DNA of 61,509 nt, filler included, from Basidioascus undulatus (Eukaryota): NCBI GenBank assembly GCA_000826855.1. It is 7 parts of 7 records of this genome, joined end to end, with 100 filler letters (N's around TTAATTAATTAA, not from the genome) between each part and the next. Parts side by side here need not be neighbours in the genome. Positions count along the whole stretch, not along the records: positions 23,399 to 29,137 come from JTLS01001879.1; positions 29,238 to 55,672 come from JTLS01000188.1; 5 more parts are not named here. One strand, written 5' to 3'. The position numbers and the translations under genes were made by a program. Of the stretch, positions 24,657 through 38,438 are shown one piece after another. A model generated the notes under the pieces. The model had not been told where the DNA came from and did no database searches. It saw nothing but the letters and a program-made list of their open reading frames with translations. Positions within the stretch are counted from its first letter, which is position 1. Each line of letters opens with the position of its first letter.

Positions 24657-26982
24657 TCAAGCGACCTTCGCCGTCGCCCCCTGCGCGTCGTCGCCCTTGA
24701 ACCAGTTCATGTACTTGTCCGCGACGCGCTTGGTGATGCCAGGGGCCAGGGGGTCCGGCTCATCGCGGCCCTGGAGGTACAGCTTGATCGCGAGCTCCGC
24801 GTCCTCCTCGGTGTCGTAGCAGTAGGTGGAGAGAACCGTCTGCGGGTCGCCGTACAGGTTCGCCGAGCGGATAAACGGCTTGCCGGCCAGCTCGGATTGC
24901 ATTGTGCGGTCGCGGGCCTGCGTAGGACCGAAACTCCCAGTCGGTCAGCGAAAACGGCGCTAGAGGTGGAAGGACTGGCAAGGCGCACCTCTTGCTCGGG
25001 CCCGTCGGGGAGCTGCCACAGTGCGCCGTTGATGAACGAGACCTGCCAGCGTCCACTTCAGAACAAATTACATCAAAGAAAGAGACACGGTAAGGAAAAT
25101 CGTCTGACCTGCTGCTTCTCCGCGACCTTGGGCATCCGCGTCCGCTCGTACAGCTCGAGCGCCTCGGCGAGGGTCATCCGGCCCTGGACGACCTCGCGGA
25201 GTGCACGGCCGAGCCACGCACCGTCCTCCATCGCGGTAGCTGCGCCTTGACTGTTGAAATTGAAACAAATTATCAGCTATGATTCCCCCCGGGAAGGTGA
25301 AAGAAAACTCACGCCATGTGGTTCGTCATCGAGTGGGCGGCGTCCTGCCCGCAAATGTCAGTTTCGAAATCACCCCCACGAGAAAGAAAGACAAGACTAA
25401 CCCCGACTAGCACAGCGTTTCGCTTGGGAGAAAGCCAGCTCTTGAGTGGCCCCGTCACCATCAGAGGCCACCGCTTCGCTTCGGGCACCATTTGGCAGAT
25501 GCGGGCGATCCTGAACGTTGAGGGGCGTAGCCATTAGCACCTTGCATTGAGAGGGCGGAGAGAGGGGAGAGCTCACCTCGGGTCAAAGTCCTTGTATGTG
25601 TCCTTTAGCGTCGGGAGAACGTCTTCCTCCCACTGCTCCATGGGCGTGTGGCAGTGGTGCGCGAGGACCTGTGCGCGCAGGCCGTTTCAGGACCCTTGCC
25701 TTGACCAGACACGGAGAGCTCGAAACAAAACATACCATGTTAAACACCTCGCCGCCCGTGATAGGGTAGGAAATGATGTACCGCCCATCGCCCATCCACA
25801 CCTCCATGGTGAGCTTCTCCACCAGCTCCTTCGCGATCGGGTCCTCCCTGATTTCGGAGTAGGGCACGACAGCGCGGTAGGCGTAGCTGAAAAAGGTTAA
25901 GGATGAAAGTCAGGAGACTACGAGAATTTGAAGTTTCCTTAGGTGGAAAGGGAAATCGCAAACGCACTTGGGCGTCGGGCAGACTGGGTTGGTCCCAGGG
26001 AAGAGGGTGTTGCGGATGACGGACTTGACGCCGTCCGAACCGATAACGAGGTCGGCGGTGTACACCTGGTTTAAATTTGAATGTAAGTCATCACTGGAGC
26101 TAATTACACTGAAAATTCCTCGCTCACCTTGCCGTCCCAGGTCGTAACCTTTGCCTCCTGCTCCTCGTGCTCGAGCTTGTGGACCATGCTGGTGTTGCCC
26201 ATGCCGTTCAGGCTCCAGAGATTTCAATTTTCTGTATTTTGTTTTAGACTCACCTGTTAACATGAATATCGACTCCGTTCTGGCGTGCCACAGTGACGAG
26301 GCCCTCGTGCAGGTGGGCGCGGTGCACGACCCACCAGGGGTGGCCAGTCTGCTCTCGGATGTAGGGGATCATCTGGGTGTAGCCGACCTGAACGTACAAC
26401 ACCGATTTCAGTGGAAAAGTTGAGAAAAGAAGTCAGACAGGCGCTCGCCGCACCTTGGTCCCGTCCTTGCGTCGCATGTTGAGCTCCTCGAACTCAACGA
26501 GGTTCTTGCCGATGACCTTGTCTGCTCCCCACTTGATGAGCAGTCGGGAGACGTTCTGTAAAGTTTCCTCTATTCAGCCAAGGTTCCTCTATCGCTTCAC
26601 GCAAAAGAGCTGTTCCGACGCACAGGCGTCATCTGGATGCCGGCTCCAATCTGTTCCGTCGCCACAACTATTGAGCCCTGTGCCTTCAGGTTGAGCATGG
26701 TCCAGCAAGCGAAACGTACCTCTCCAAGCTCCTCCGCACCCTCAAGCAGTGTGACACTGCAGCCCTCCTTGGCCATAGAGATGGAGCTGTGAGAGCATCA
26801 AAGGCGTCAGAGAGATTGCGCGACTTTACTGTAACGATGCTTCGCTCACGCAGCAAGTCCACCGAAACCGGCGCCTACTATGACGACCCGAAGGTTCTTC
26901 TTGGGCTGGGAGGCCTGTGGCGAGTCGTCAACTCACTCAGTGCGTCGTTCAACAGAGTCAGGTTCCCGACACAGCGTACCAT
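24657..26982 (-). CDS. FAD-dependent monooxygenase, salicylate/hydroxybenzoate hydroxylase-like (group A flavoprotein)
   Basis: ATG-only first coding exon, then ASQPKKNLRVVIVGAGFGGLA (GxGxxG), IGAGIQMTP-NVSRLL, HRAHLH, ADLVIGSDGVKS (DG motif) and DAAHSMTNHMA-QGAATAMEDG (GD motif). Many GT-AG introns; stop at 24657. Confidence 0.92.
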
Positions 26983-27846
26983 TATGGATTTCTATGTAGG
27001 ACCGGGATGGAATCGAAGGCAGTGGAGATTGTATGCAGAATAGGCAGCGTAATAACTTGAATACGATGCTGGTGGGTTGATCGGTGCAAGAAAGAAGGTG
27101 CAGTGTGCGCAGTTGTATGAAACGGCCAACTCCTCCCCTCCACCTCGTGTCATGCCTCGCTGCAAGGCTTGCGCTGCGATTAGCGTGCGCGTGACCACCG
27201 GCTGTGGCTCCGGCAGAGCAACAACCAACTGTAAGGATGCACCAAGGTGGAAGATAATGGCTCGGCCGACGAGTATGCGTGACTTTAATACCTGAAGGTC
27301 CCTCCGACGACCGAGAGCGAGCTCGACTGCGCGGCGGTGAAGGGTGGCATCTGTGGGGGCTCATGATCAGTCGCTCGTTCCTTATCCGAGGTGTCCAAGA
27401 ACCAGAATAGAATCGTGGTATACGTGCTTTAAAGACAGAGGACCAGGAATGTATTTGCACTAATCCAAAACACGACTTGTGTCGGCCGTCGGTTGGCCGT
27501 GCATGATGGACTTCGTTGCATCCGACTGCTTGCTTCGAATATGAAGAATGGAACGTTCTCTTTCTAAGAGAGCTTGAATGACTTGATCTCCCGACGGCTT
27601 GAGGCCCGTAAATACCACTTGGGGATGCTGCGCCGCGTCCCCCACGAGCAGTCGCGGATGCCTCAGTTGGAAGTTGGCCGAAGTTGGCCCTTCGCTCAGT
27701 CGACGCTGCTGTCGCGCCCGGGGGGCGGGTTCTTGCATGACCGACTCTGAGAGACGACGAGGTCCAACAGATTTTTTTTATCAAGCAGTGTTCTTCTCAA
27801 AAAACTATTGATATCTGGACCATTCTCAGCACTGCCTCGAAGAACA

Positions 27847-28745
27847 CTACGCCACCTGCAGCCACCCACACGGTTCCACCCCGACCACCAGACATGCCCG
27901 GCGAAGCCCCGACAGCATCGACGTACTCTCCACAGAACAGATCCCGAGGGTCTTGAGCGCTGGAACGACGGTGCCCTTATTTTCGAGGAGCTCCATAAGC
28001 TGGTCGAAGACGTCGGCGGAGGACGGACGAAGCCAGTCCGAGAACTCCAGTGCGGGCGGGAGCGTGTCTATGGGGCCTGTAGGAAACGCTGAAGCTGTTT
28101 CGACGGAGGGCGCTTCTTCATCTGCCTCTGGGCTTCCGATAACTATTTTCGAGCACGACGGTGAGGTGGCGCAAGACCGAGTATTCGCGCAGCTGCGGAC
28201 CTTGGAGGACGGGACCGTCCACCAGGTCGAGATGCGTAAGCGTTGTTCTCGAGTCGAAAAGAGCGGCATGCAGGGCGTCGGAGTCGAGATCGGCATACGA
28301 TTCGCGATCGCAAGACCATGTGAGGGACCCATCGAACGTCAGGCGGTTGAGCACCCTCGGGACGCAGAGGATCGCCAGGAGCGCGTCGTAGTTCGGCAGG
28401 ACGTCGCACGTGAGATTGAGGTTAGTGACACTCGACGTGCCGCGCGCAACGGACAGCGCATGCCCGTCGCTCTCGGTGCAGTGGCTCAGGTTGAGCATTT
28501 GTACCTCGATCGGGCGCAAAGACGGAAGTGAGAGCCAGCATGTCGCCCAGGTCGAAGATGATGGAACCACTGCTGCATTCCATGGAGAGAGTGCGCAGAG
28601 GGCCGAGTCCCTGCGCAATACAGAAAGGGCTCTGCCAGGAGGTGGAGCCCCAGAAAACGAGCGAGAGCTGAGTTAAGTCCGCGGGGTGAGCGTACGAGGC
28701 GATTTGGGCGAGCAGTTCGTGCGGGAGGTTGGTGAGTCTGGCCAT
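27847..28745 (-). pseudogene. F-box/LRR-like protein, frameshifted
   Basis: MARLTNLPHELLAQIASYAHPADLTQLSLV is F-box-like. The expected continuation LHLLAEPFLY is in another frame, and LRR-like segments (LTHLDL, LRHLTV) are spread over overlapping frames. Confidence 0.55.
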
Positions 28746-29137
28746 GATCAACAAAGCGGAGCGTGGATTTGATCGATCGATCGTTTGTGCTGTGACTTTC
28801 CGCAGAGGTGGTAGGCTCGTTACTGGGCCAGTCTACGAAGGGTAGGTGCTGGTCCGGGAAGAAGGTGTGATGGAGAACGAGCGCAGCGCCCGCGACCCTT
28901 CAGCTCGTGCTTCGCTCGTCGGGCTTCGGGCGGTACCTTCTCATGGGAACGTCAAGGAACGTCCAGGAAAGGCAGTGATACAAAAATTTGAAACATTTCC
29001 TTGGAAAATGATGTAGAGAAACAATATTACTCCATTCTCTACATTTGGCGCTTACTACAGACACCGCATACTCTGCGGCCACCTTCCGTATCATGATGAA
29101 AGCGCATCAGGCTCCTGCGAAACAACATTCCAAAACT

Positions 29138-29237
29138 NNNNNNNNNNNNNNNNNNNNNNNNNNNNNNNNNNNNNNNNNNNNTTAATTAATTAANNNNNNN
29201 NNNNNNNNNNNNNNNNNNNNNNNNNNNNNNNNNNNNN
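29138..29237. other. Artificial contig linker
   Basis: N44-TTAATTAATTAA-N44. Confidence 0.99.
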
Positions 29238-31036
29238 CCAGCCCTACACCGTCGACGAGATTGAGATTTATGCCGCACAACGGTACTCCTTCGTTGTCAG
29301 TTGTTTCCTTTCAAGTGTCGTCCCGCCGTCCCATTCTGACCTATATCACTTGAATCCCTTCAGCTTGAAGCAAATCAGCCCGTGGGCAACTACTGGATCA
29401 CCGCGCCCATGGAAGTCAAAGGCGCAAGTCGGAACCGCAACCGCAAGTAGTGTTCCACCTGCCCTTTTCTGTTGCTTATGACGGGACACTTACCCACCTC
29501 AACACTCCTTTTTTATGGCTCATAGTCGACAAAGACCGTGTACTTGCAATCCTGCGCTACGAAGGGGCTGCGGACGCCGAACCAACCACTCGGCCAAACA
29601 TTCCGAACACTGATGCGAGTCTTAATTCTACCCTTTCTCCTGATGAAGTTCTGAGGGAAAGAGAGTAACGCCATACCCCAAATAACACTTCAGGCGCGCT
29701 CTTCCGATATCTTGGAAAACGCGGAAATAGAGTTTGATGCTGTTCGAGCTACCTTGGTCGAGCAAGGTGCAAGTTCGGAGATTCTCTTGGCGCACGACTC
29801 GCTTGAGGCAGCCCTCAAATCAAGCGAAGAAGAAGACGGGGAGTGTGATGAGGACACCCACGATGTGCCTCTGCCGCCCCCTTCGTTCGAGAACGCTGAT
29901 GTAGGCCTTTCATTCCTCCTCTGGTGGCCATCAACTGGCCTCTTTTGCCACGCTGACTGAAGTTTTTCTTAGCCTGCGACCGTCGCCGTCATTGTTGAGG
30001 TTGAACGTCAGCTCAAGGACGTTGAAGCGGCGCTGGTTGAAGAAAACGCGGACGAGGAAGTGATCGCGACCCAGCGCAAAATTCTTGCCGGCTTGGATGC
30101 CATTCGTGCTGGGACATCTGAAACATTCACATGTAACAGTGACAACAGCAGCTTTGTCAGTCTCAAAGAATACAAGCTCGTACCTCTCATCGATCCCGGC
30201 CCGCCCGGTGGTGCCGGTCCTGCCGACCACGTTGTCGAGCTCGATTTTGATCGGTAAAGCCCTTTGGGCAGTGCCTCCATGCTTATCATCACTGGCTGAT
30301 CACTCTCTCCAAAACAAGTTCTACCGATGAACAGGGCAGAGTTGCTTGGCGCATTAATGGCATCCGGTTTGTTTCTTCGCATCAGCTAGCCTTGCTTTTC
30401 TGATCCTGCAACTTACTTAAATCAATCGTCCCCAGATACAGGCCTCCGAGCGTCCCGACTCTGCTCAAAATTCTCGCCAATAATGCGACGGTGCAGGAGG
30501 ACTTTAGTCGTGCTGAGAATTCAATCATTTTAAGACGTGGCGAAATCGTGGAGCTCCGTATCAAGGGTTCCAATCATGGCATATAGTGCGTCAACGAGCT
30601 AACCCTTTTTCATGTCTCCAGTTGTTATGAAGCTGACTAAATATGTTCCTTCTGCTCAGCCACCCATTCCACCTCCACGGTCATGCATTCGATGTCATCC
30701 AGGGCAAAGATGGACCGCCGAACTACGTGAACCCCCCGAGGAGGGACGTCGTTGCCGTCGGTGGGGGCGGTGTGATTATTCGCTTTGCAGCCGACAACCC
30801 TGGCCCGTGGTTCCTTCACTGGTGCGCCCACCAGCGCGGTTCCTTTTCTCTATAAACCATTCGAATGCCACCATGACATTTTCCTTTCTTGCAGCCACAT
30901 CGACTGGCATCTCGACGCCGGCTTGGCCGTCGTCTTCGCCGAGGACCCTGCCGGCACACGCGGCAGAGTCAACCCGAACGACAACTGGTTTAATCTCTGC
31001 CCGGCTTACGATGCCTTGGACCCCGCTTTGCAATAG
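29238..31036 (+). CDS. Laccase (multicopper oxidase, AA1), 3' part with a linker insertion
   Basis: [50 protein letters not shown]3 [25 protein letters not shown]4 [31 protein letters not shown] (axial Leu) and C-terminus [16 protein letters not shown]. Confidence 0.95.
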
Positions 31037-32650
31037 TTGACATTCTTTTCTTTGCGCGCCGTCAAATTTGGACCTCTGCCTGATCCCCCGTAGAATCTCC
31101 TTGCGCAGACCTACCTTCCCCGCCTCGAGCAAATCTTTGTCCTGTTCGCCCTTCGGTACCGGCCCAGACTGTTTTATTCCTGTCCTCCCATTCAGCCTCC
31201 TACTTGACATTTACCTCATAGCATCCACTGCGGCGTCACATTCAGATTTCTTTATAGCAAAATTCAGGATAATCGTGCAGGCCAAAAGGTCGACTCCTCC
31301 GCAAAGTCACCACAAACAGAAGGTCCTCCGCCAGCTTCAGAGCGTAGAGACGTTAAGCCAGGGGCCTCGATCACTTTCTTTACGTATTGGACAGTACTTG
31401 ACGCCGGGACCGGACCTAGCTTTCGCCACAACAGAAGCTTCTTTCTATCTTTGGTGACCTCCGCATACAGTGGAGTCTCAACTTGAACGGCTATCCTGAA
31501 TATCTGAATATTGCTGTAATGCCTATCCCAACGACGGTGCCCATTGACGCGGCGTTTCCCCGGATCGCTCACGGGCCCTATGAGGTTGTGCCGCACTTCA
31601 GGATGAATACCGCACGGGAGATCATCTCGCGCACCAGAGGACGATGACGGTGAGGAGAGACACCGGAGGCTGGTGAACAATCCCGGGGGTTGAAGAGGCT
31701 TAATGAAGTAGAGGCGACTGGATCAGAGCACAGATGCTTGGATGTGATCGACTGAGCGCACTAGATATCGTGCCGGCTCTTCTGGGAGGGCTGCCTGTAC
31801 GCGGCCTCAACGAGGTCTGTTTTCTCAAGCTTCCTTCAGTGCACATCAGGGCAGTCCGCCCACCCTCTGATTGCTCAAGAGGACATAATGTTATATGTTT
31901 GCTGCCATTTGACCTGGCTTTTCCCCGACGGAGACGGCTCTTTCTTTGAACACACAGGACGTCAAGCCCCGCTTTCGCTCGACTGTGCCGCAAAAGAAAA
32001 ATGCAAGGGACTGTATAATTCCTTGCATCACGGGAAGGTCGGATCGCCCCGTCCAGTCCCCAATGCCCAGCCAGTTACACCGTCTCCTTCGACCTCTTGC
32101 CGCTTCTGAATGCCGAAGCATCGCATAATATGTTACGCCAGCAGAGTAGACGATTTAAAGAGTCCAATCAAGAGCAATGTCTACTAACGAACCTAAACGA
32201 CCAGGCTCCTCTGCCATCCACCCAAAAAGCCCAAGCGACCTCAAACCCACCAAACAGGTAGATGCAGCGCGAAGTGCAATGTAGCAAAAATCTTCAGCTT
32301 CAGTGAGGATACCGATGCCTTATATGAAGCAACTTGCTCGGGTAGGCTGGGGTTCGAAGCGCTCTGCGGGGAAGACACCCGACTCAAGACACTACTAAGC
32401 CACTGATTATATCCACGGAGCATGCATTGTCTAAGGGTTCATGGCCACCAGACTTCCAGTTCTCAACCTGCGTGCACTGTCTTGTAAAGCCGAAATAGTC
32501 GCTCACGCACTCTGAAACCTCAACAGCAAATCAGTGCGTAATCAGAGAACTAAAATACATATAAGTCGCGCTCGGTCATCAAGCCCCAAGCCGGTTCATC
32601 AATCACATCATCTCGAGGTCGCGTCACAACTCCTCTGTCCACCTCCGAAC

Positions 32651-35416
32651 TCAGAGCGCCGACTTGCGCTGGAGGCCGGGGTCGAGGAGGGGCATGAGGT
32701 CTGTGAAGGAAAAGGGGAGGTGGGAGTCAGCACGAGGTTGGGAGCGGGGTGGGAAGGAGGGGAGGGAGATGGGTTGATGGGGAGGCAGGAAAGTGGGGAA
32801 TGAAGACGTAGGGAAGTAAAGAGGGGAGCCGGGAAGTGCCGAGGGAGAGGGAGGCAGGTGGGAGGTGAAGGGGAGGAGACTCGACGCACCTGAAGTGAGG
32901 AAGTCGCTCGGCCACTCCTTCCTAACCTGGTCGAGAAGATACTTGGCCGCGGTGTCGACCAACTTGGCGTCGACGCCCTTGACCTTGGGCGACTCCTCCT
33001 TGACGTAGGCCTCGATCAGGGACGGGTCGATCTTCTTGCCCGAGTCCTGCATCCCCACAAACACCAAGTCAGGATTTGTTTCGGGAGATGGAGATGGGCA
33101 AGAGAAAGGAGCGGGAGGTTAGGGAGGGCGGACGCACAGTCTTCGTCCCGTACTTGACCCACTGCCACAGCTGCACGCGCGCAATCTCCGCAGTTGCAGC
33201 GTCCTCCTGTTCACGCCCCGCCAATCCTAGTCAGTCATCGCATTCTCAACAGTACAACGATCCAGCAAAGTAACAGGGAAAGAGCAACATAAGGAAAGGC
33301 GGAGCGAAAGGGGAAAAGGAGGCAGAGGGAACGCCTGACGAACCATAAGGTTGTTAATCGGCACGCAGCCGTTGCCCGAAATCCATGCGGAGCAGTAGCT
33401 CAGCGCAGCCGCAACGTTCTCGCGCACACCATTGTCGGTGGTCTTGCCAGGGATCTTGTTGTTCAGCAGGTCGGACGCCTTGACGGAGACGTCGGGGCGG
33501 CGGACGTGGTACTGTTCGGTGTTCCCTTCGTCAGTCTCAGCAAGGGGAGAGGGGGAAGGACGACGAACCTGGTTCGCGCCGAGCATGTGCTGGTCGAAAA
33601 TCTCGAGCGCGATCTTGACGAGCGCGGGGTGAGCGACCCAGGTGCCTGTTCCCCACATCCAATCATCAGCCGCCCTGTCCGCACAATCGGGAGAATGGAA
33701 AGAAGGGTGGACCCACCGTCGTGCCCAGCCTTGACCTCGCGCAGCTTGTCGTTCCGGACCTTGTCCATCGCGGCGTTGTTGGCCTTCTCGTCGTTCTTGA
33801 TCGGGATTTGGGCACTGCGACGCGCACAGGCCAGAATGTCAGATTCGGTGGAAGGAAGGAACGGTGGGAGAAAGGGGGGAAGGGAGAGGACATACGACAT
33901 GCCGCCCATCGCAGCGACCTGGCGCTTGTGGCACGTCTGGATGAGGAGGCGGACGTAGGCGTCCATGAAGGGGACAGTCATGGTGACGCTGTTCAACCAC
34001 CACTAATGATCAGCAACTTCTTCGCGCATCCGACATCCTCAATCAAGAGAAGAGAAAGGGAGTGGCAAACGCACTCGGAGCGGTCAGGCAGCACCATCCC
34101 CTTGTTGGCCCGCTGCTTCTTGATGAAGCTAAAGATGTAGTCCCAGCGGCCGCAGTTGAGCCCAGACGAGTGCTCGCGCAGCTCATACAGGATCTCCTCC
34201 ATCTCGAACGCGGCGTTGATCGTCTCGATGAGGACCGTCCCACGGATCGTGCCGCGCGGGATCGAAATGTAGTCTTGGCCGAAGTTGAAGATGTCGTTCC
34301 AGAGGCTGGTAAAAAGTGGCGGATATGTCAGTAAGAGTATGGGGAGGGAGAGTTGGGCGGAGAGGGAGAGTTGAGGCTGGAAAGGGCAGGGCGTACCGAG
34401 CCTCGAGGTGCGACTCCATCTTGGGCAGGTAGAAGTAGGGGCCGAAGCCGCGCTGTATGATTCACAGAATCAGTGAGCTCGAAGCTCTAAAATGGAAAGA
34501 GGAGGGAAGAACAAAGAGAAGGAGGGAGCACAAACGCACGTTGATGAGCTCCTTCGCATTGTGGAAGAAGTAGAGCGCAAAGTCGAAGATGCCGCCCGAG
34601 ACGGCCTCGCCGTCGACGAGCACGCGGGGCTCGTCGAGGTGCCAGCCACGGGGGCGGACGATGAGCACGGCCGGGTTCTCGACGAGCTTGTAGTCCTTGC
34701 CGGACTTCGGGTCCTTGTAGTCGATCACACGCCGGATCGCGTCCCGCAGGTTCACCTGCCCGTTCAGCAGGTTCGCCCAGGTCGGGGAGTTGGAGTCTAG
34801 AGTAGCAGAAAGAGTGTCAGTTCTTATCTTTGGGATGTGGGAAAGCAAAGAGTGGACCCACCCTCAAAGTCCGCCATGAACGTCTTGGCGCCAGAGCCGA
34901 GCGCGTTGATAACCCTGCGTCCGACCCAGAACGTGAGCATCGCCTGTGGCAATGCGCATTGAAGGCTCATCAACTCACATCTTGCGGTCGGTGGGGCCCG
35001 TGATCTCCACGCGGCGGTCGCGGAGGCCGGGCGCGGGCGGGGCGCAGACCCACGCAGGGTCCTCGCGGACGTGGGCGGTCTCCTTGAGGAAGTCGAGCTT
35101 GAGGCGGCCAGAGTCGAGTTCCTGTGTCCACCCATCGGATCAGAGACCCAGAATCTAAACGCAAAGGGCAAAGAGGCAATGGACGCACCTTCTGCTTCAG
35201 CTGGCGCTTGGCGAGGAGGTCCTTGCGGGTGGAGTTGAACGTGCGGTGCAGGGCGGCAAGGAACGCGACGGCCTCGGCGGTGAGGATCTCGTTGTGGTTG
35301 CCCTCGACCTTGCCTGTTTGCACCGCGGTAAGGAGCTGTTCCTCGTCCCCAAGCTCCAGTGGGAAACTGATCGACGCACCGAGGATCTGAACACCGGGGA
35401 CGGAGGGGCCGGGCAT
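32651..35416 (-). CDS. MLS1: Malate synthase (glyoxylate cycle)
   Basis: [152 protein letters not shown]-terminus -RKSAL. Confidence 0.97.
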
Positions 35417-37228
35417 AATTACTTTTGTGGGAATGGACTAGGGTCTGTGGGTGGGTGTAGGTGTGTGGGTCGTTTAAATGCTGTAGAATGCTACAGAGAT
35501 GGAAGTGGTTGATGGGAAAGAAGCAGAGGGATGGATGGCTGCCAGAAGAGGTCATCCCTCTCGAACTGCTTCGGGCGGGGTCGCTCGGCGCTCCGCCAGC
35601 CCGGCTACTTCGCGACTTCCTCCTCGCAACGGACGCCCGGTCAGACTATCGGCGTTTCGGTTTGCCGCCTCGTTCGCTCGCCTGTATATCCAATTTTGTT
35701 ACATTTACGGCATCTATACGGCGGTGTACAATTTATTTCGCCCTCTATGCATACCGAAGCGAGCGAGAAGACCACATTCCTTCGCACAGGCAGCCAGCGC
35801 GGAAGCAATTCATGCTTCTTATCGAGACGTCATTTTCTTGCCTACGCCTTTCACATGATTTTCCTGCTTCCCGACCTGCGCCGCGAGCGCGTCCCTCCAC
35901 CCATTTCCGAACGCAGCACAACCGGCCTTTCTAGCACTGAATTCCCACATTTCCCTTCCTTTTGGGTAAAATATGTCATAGCGCTCGTGCGGAGTCGGAC
36001 ATGCGTAAAGCCAGCATCTCCGAGGAGGTTGGGCGACGTTCCACAGCACCCGGTGAACCGGCTCGGTTAAAGCCGAAGCGAGAAGACACCCCTCTCCGCT
36101 GAGGTCCACACCGACCTCATCCAAGAGCGACGCACTCGCAGAAGCAATATTGTTTTTGCGAGGAAGTGTACAGAAGCGACGGTGTGTGTGAGATACGCGG
36201 CCCAGCCTACTTTCACCTGAACTTGATATACACGCTGTTTGAAGCTGTCGACTTTTACCTGCCTGTGGCCCCACGTTCAACGCCACATTCAGGCTCGCCT
36301 GCACCGTCTGACTTCGAAACGCAGAAAGATGAAAAATTGCCTGCGTTGCACACTGACTATTGAAGCACAGCGGTATCCTGTTCGCTTGACATTCAGATCC
36401 CGGGTCAGATCCCGGGCGCATCCACGACCGACAAGATCGGCCCGCGGACACGTAGAACCGCTTTCGGCTTAGACACAGAGTCTGGGACTGTATACAGTGT
36501 GGATTATTATTATGATAATGCCTAAAATCCTAAGCTCGACACAAGTCCCACCTCTGTCAAGTGCGGCTTAAACTGAGTCAGCCGCATTCACTCCGACAGC
36601 GCGAGCTTCAACCCCTACTTACACCTCGGCTCCGTCCTTTCCGACTTGGGCCTCAGTAGGGCGGAAGGGTCTGCACAACCAAAAATTCACCTTCCTTGAG
36701 AGCGGCTCTCTCACTGGAAACGGCCCTGTCAACATCCGTGAAGCTGCATCGCGCGCGCTATGGAGTCTCTGCGTCCCTCTCGCGGATCTATAAATTGCTG
36801 TGAACGCATGCGGTGCAGGCGTAGACGATCGAGACGTCCAGGCTGTTTATGGTTTCCGGCCTGATTCTCACGTTAAACAAACTGTTATAATAGACAGCTC
36901 GGGGACGTCCTTAATCGCAATAATGCGAGACTGCCATGGCGAACAGCGGTAGGGCTGCGGCCCAATTCCAGTTTCCATGCGCTGAACAGGGAATGCGGAG
37001 AATTTTCGACCTCTGAAACCCAGTGTTTAACCTGCGACTGCCCTTAGAGGCGAACAGCAGCATGGTACTTGTCCGCGTCCTTGACAGCGCGTGCAATCAA
37101 TCCGCTCGGGCAAGCTCTCCAGGCCGCAAAGGATGGCCTTGCGGGCTAACCACTGTGTTGGCGAAGAGAGAGAAATCAAAATCCTCGTTCGTCCATAGTC
37201 CGCGCTCGTGGTACCTCAGGTCCGTGCG

Positions 37229-38438
37229 TCAGAACCCATCCCTATCCCGCAGCACCTGCAGAATCTCAACCCGCTTGACCTGCGCCTCTTTCGCGTCCTC
37301 CCCATGCCGAGCGGTATACCAGCCCAGCCACCCGTCCCTCGAGTCTCTTTGCTTAAGCAGAAATTCAACCCTGCTCATGTTGGGGTTGTTCGTCAACCTC
37401 CGTGCAGGACAACAACGTGAGGCGCAGTGTCGAGATGGGAACGTCGCACCCAGGCACTCCTCTCCTGATGTCTCCGCCGAGCAAGAGACAGCGTGGACTG
37501 CGCTGTCCATCGGAGTTCCAAAGCTTAAGCACATTGAAAATGCCCTCGTCTATACCAGTCTTGTCTCGCATGCCCGTATGAAGCAGCACCAAGGAAGCCG
37601 ACGCTTCGCAGACAGCCTCATCGAGACCGAATCCAGCTCCGCGGCGAATTTAAGCATCTTGCCAGCTGGGCATGATATGGGAATGGCCCTGAACATGATG
37701 TCGTGGTGCATACCTATAGCATGCGGAGCGACAATGACGAGCGTCGATACCCGTTCCGCCGCATGCTCGTGCTTGCGAATGTATTCGAGGAACATGTCGC
37801 ACTTCGAGAAGCTGGTGAGGCACACACTACGCTCGTAATGTTAAAGTGCAAGGGGACACAGGCGCTTGCAGATGAAGAGCCACCCCTACAGCGGGCCTTT
37901 ACCTCCTCGCGGACCCTGGGTGCAGTAGCCCCGAGCGAGCTGGCCAGGCTGCCCCACCGTAGGGCTGCTGCGAGACTTGCCTTGCAGTACCTGAGTGCCT
38001 ACTACGGAGTGTCCCTAAGTGAAGCAGAGCTCTCCTCACTAGCTGCGCTGCTTGCGTACGAGCCGTCAAGGTCGGACACGCCGCCACGCACAAGCAGGGT
38101 ATGGCGGCACGGGACATGAGGTGGCTGGCGACACTAGCAGTGGGACACTTCAGCCTGATACGTGGCATGGCTAAGGACTCCAGATCGGCGCGGTGGACCA
38201 CCCCGGACACTGTCTTGGAGGCCATGACATTCGCCTCCTTCTACAGACTCCTTGGGTTTTGAAAATCACAATCCATCCGAATAAGAGATAAAGTGCAAGG
38301 GGATACAGGCGCTCCAAGAGAATGGCACCGTTCCGAGAGCGGGCACAGATTGCGCCCAGTTCGAATCGTCCGTCTGAAGTACGCTTCGAAAATAATTTCG
38401 GAAAGTATCTCGTCCAGAAGATCCAAGATGTGAGTCAT
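37229..38438 (-). pseudogene. Degenerate F-box-like gene
   Basis: MTHILDLLDEILSEIIFEAY is F-box-like. Downstream YERSVCLTS...FLEYIRKHEHAAERVSTLVI resembles the region that follows basidiomycete F-boxes. Frames are discontinuous. Confidence 0.3.
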
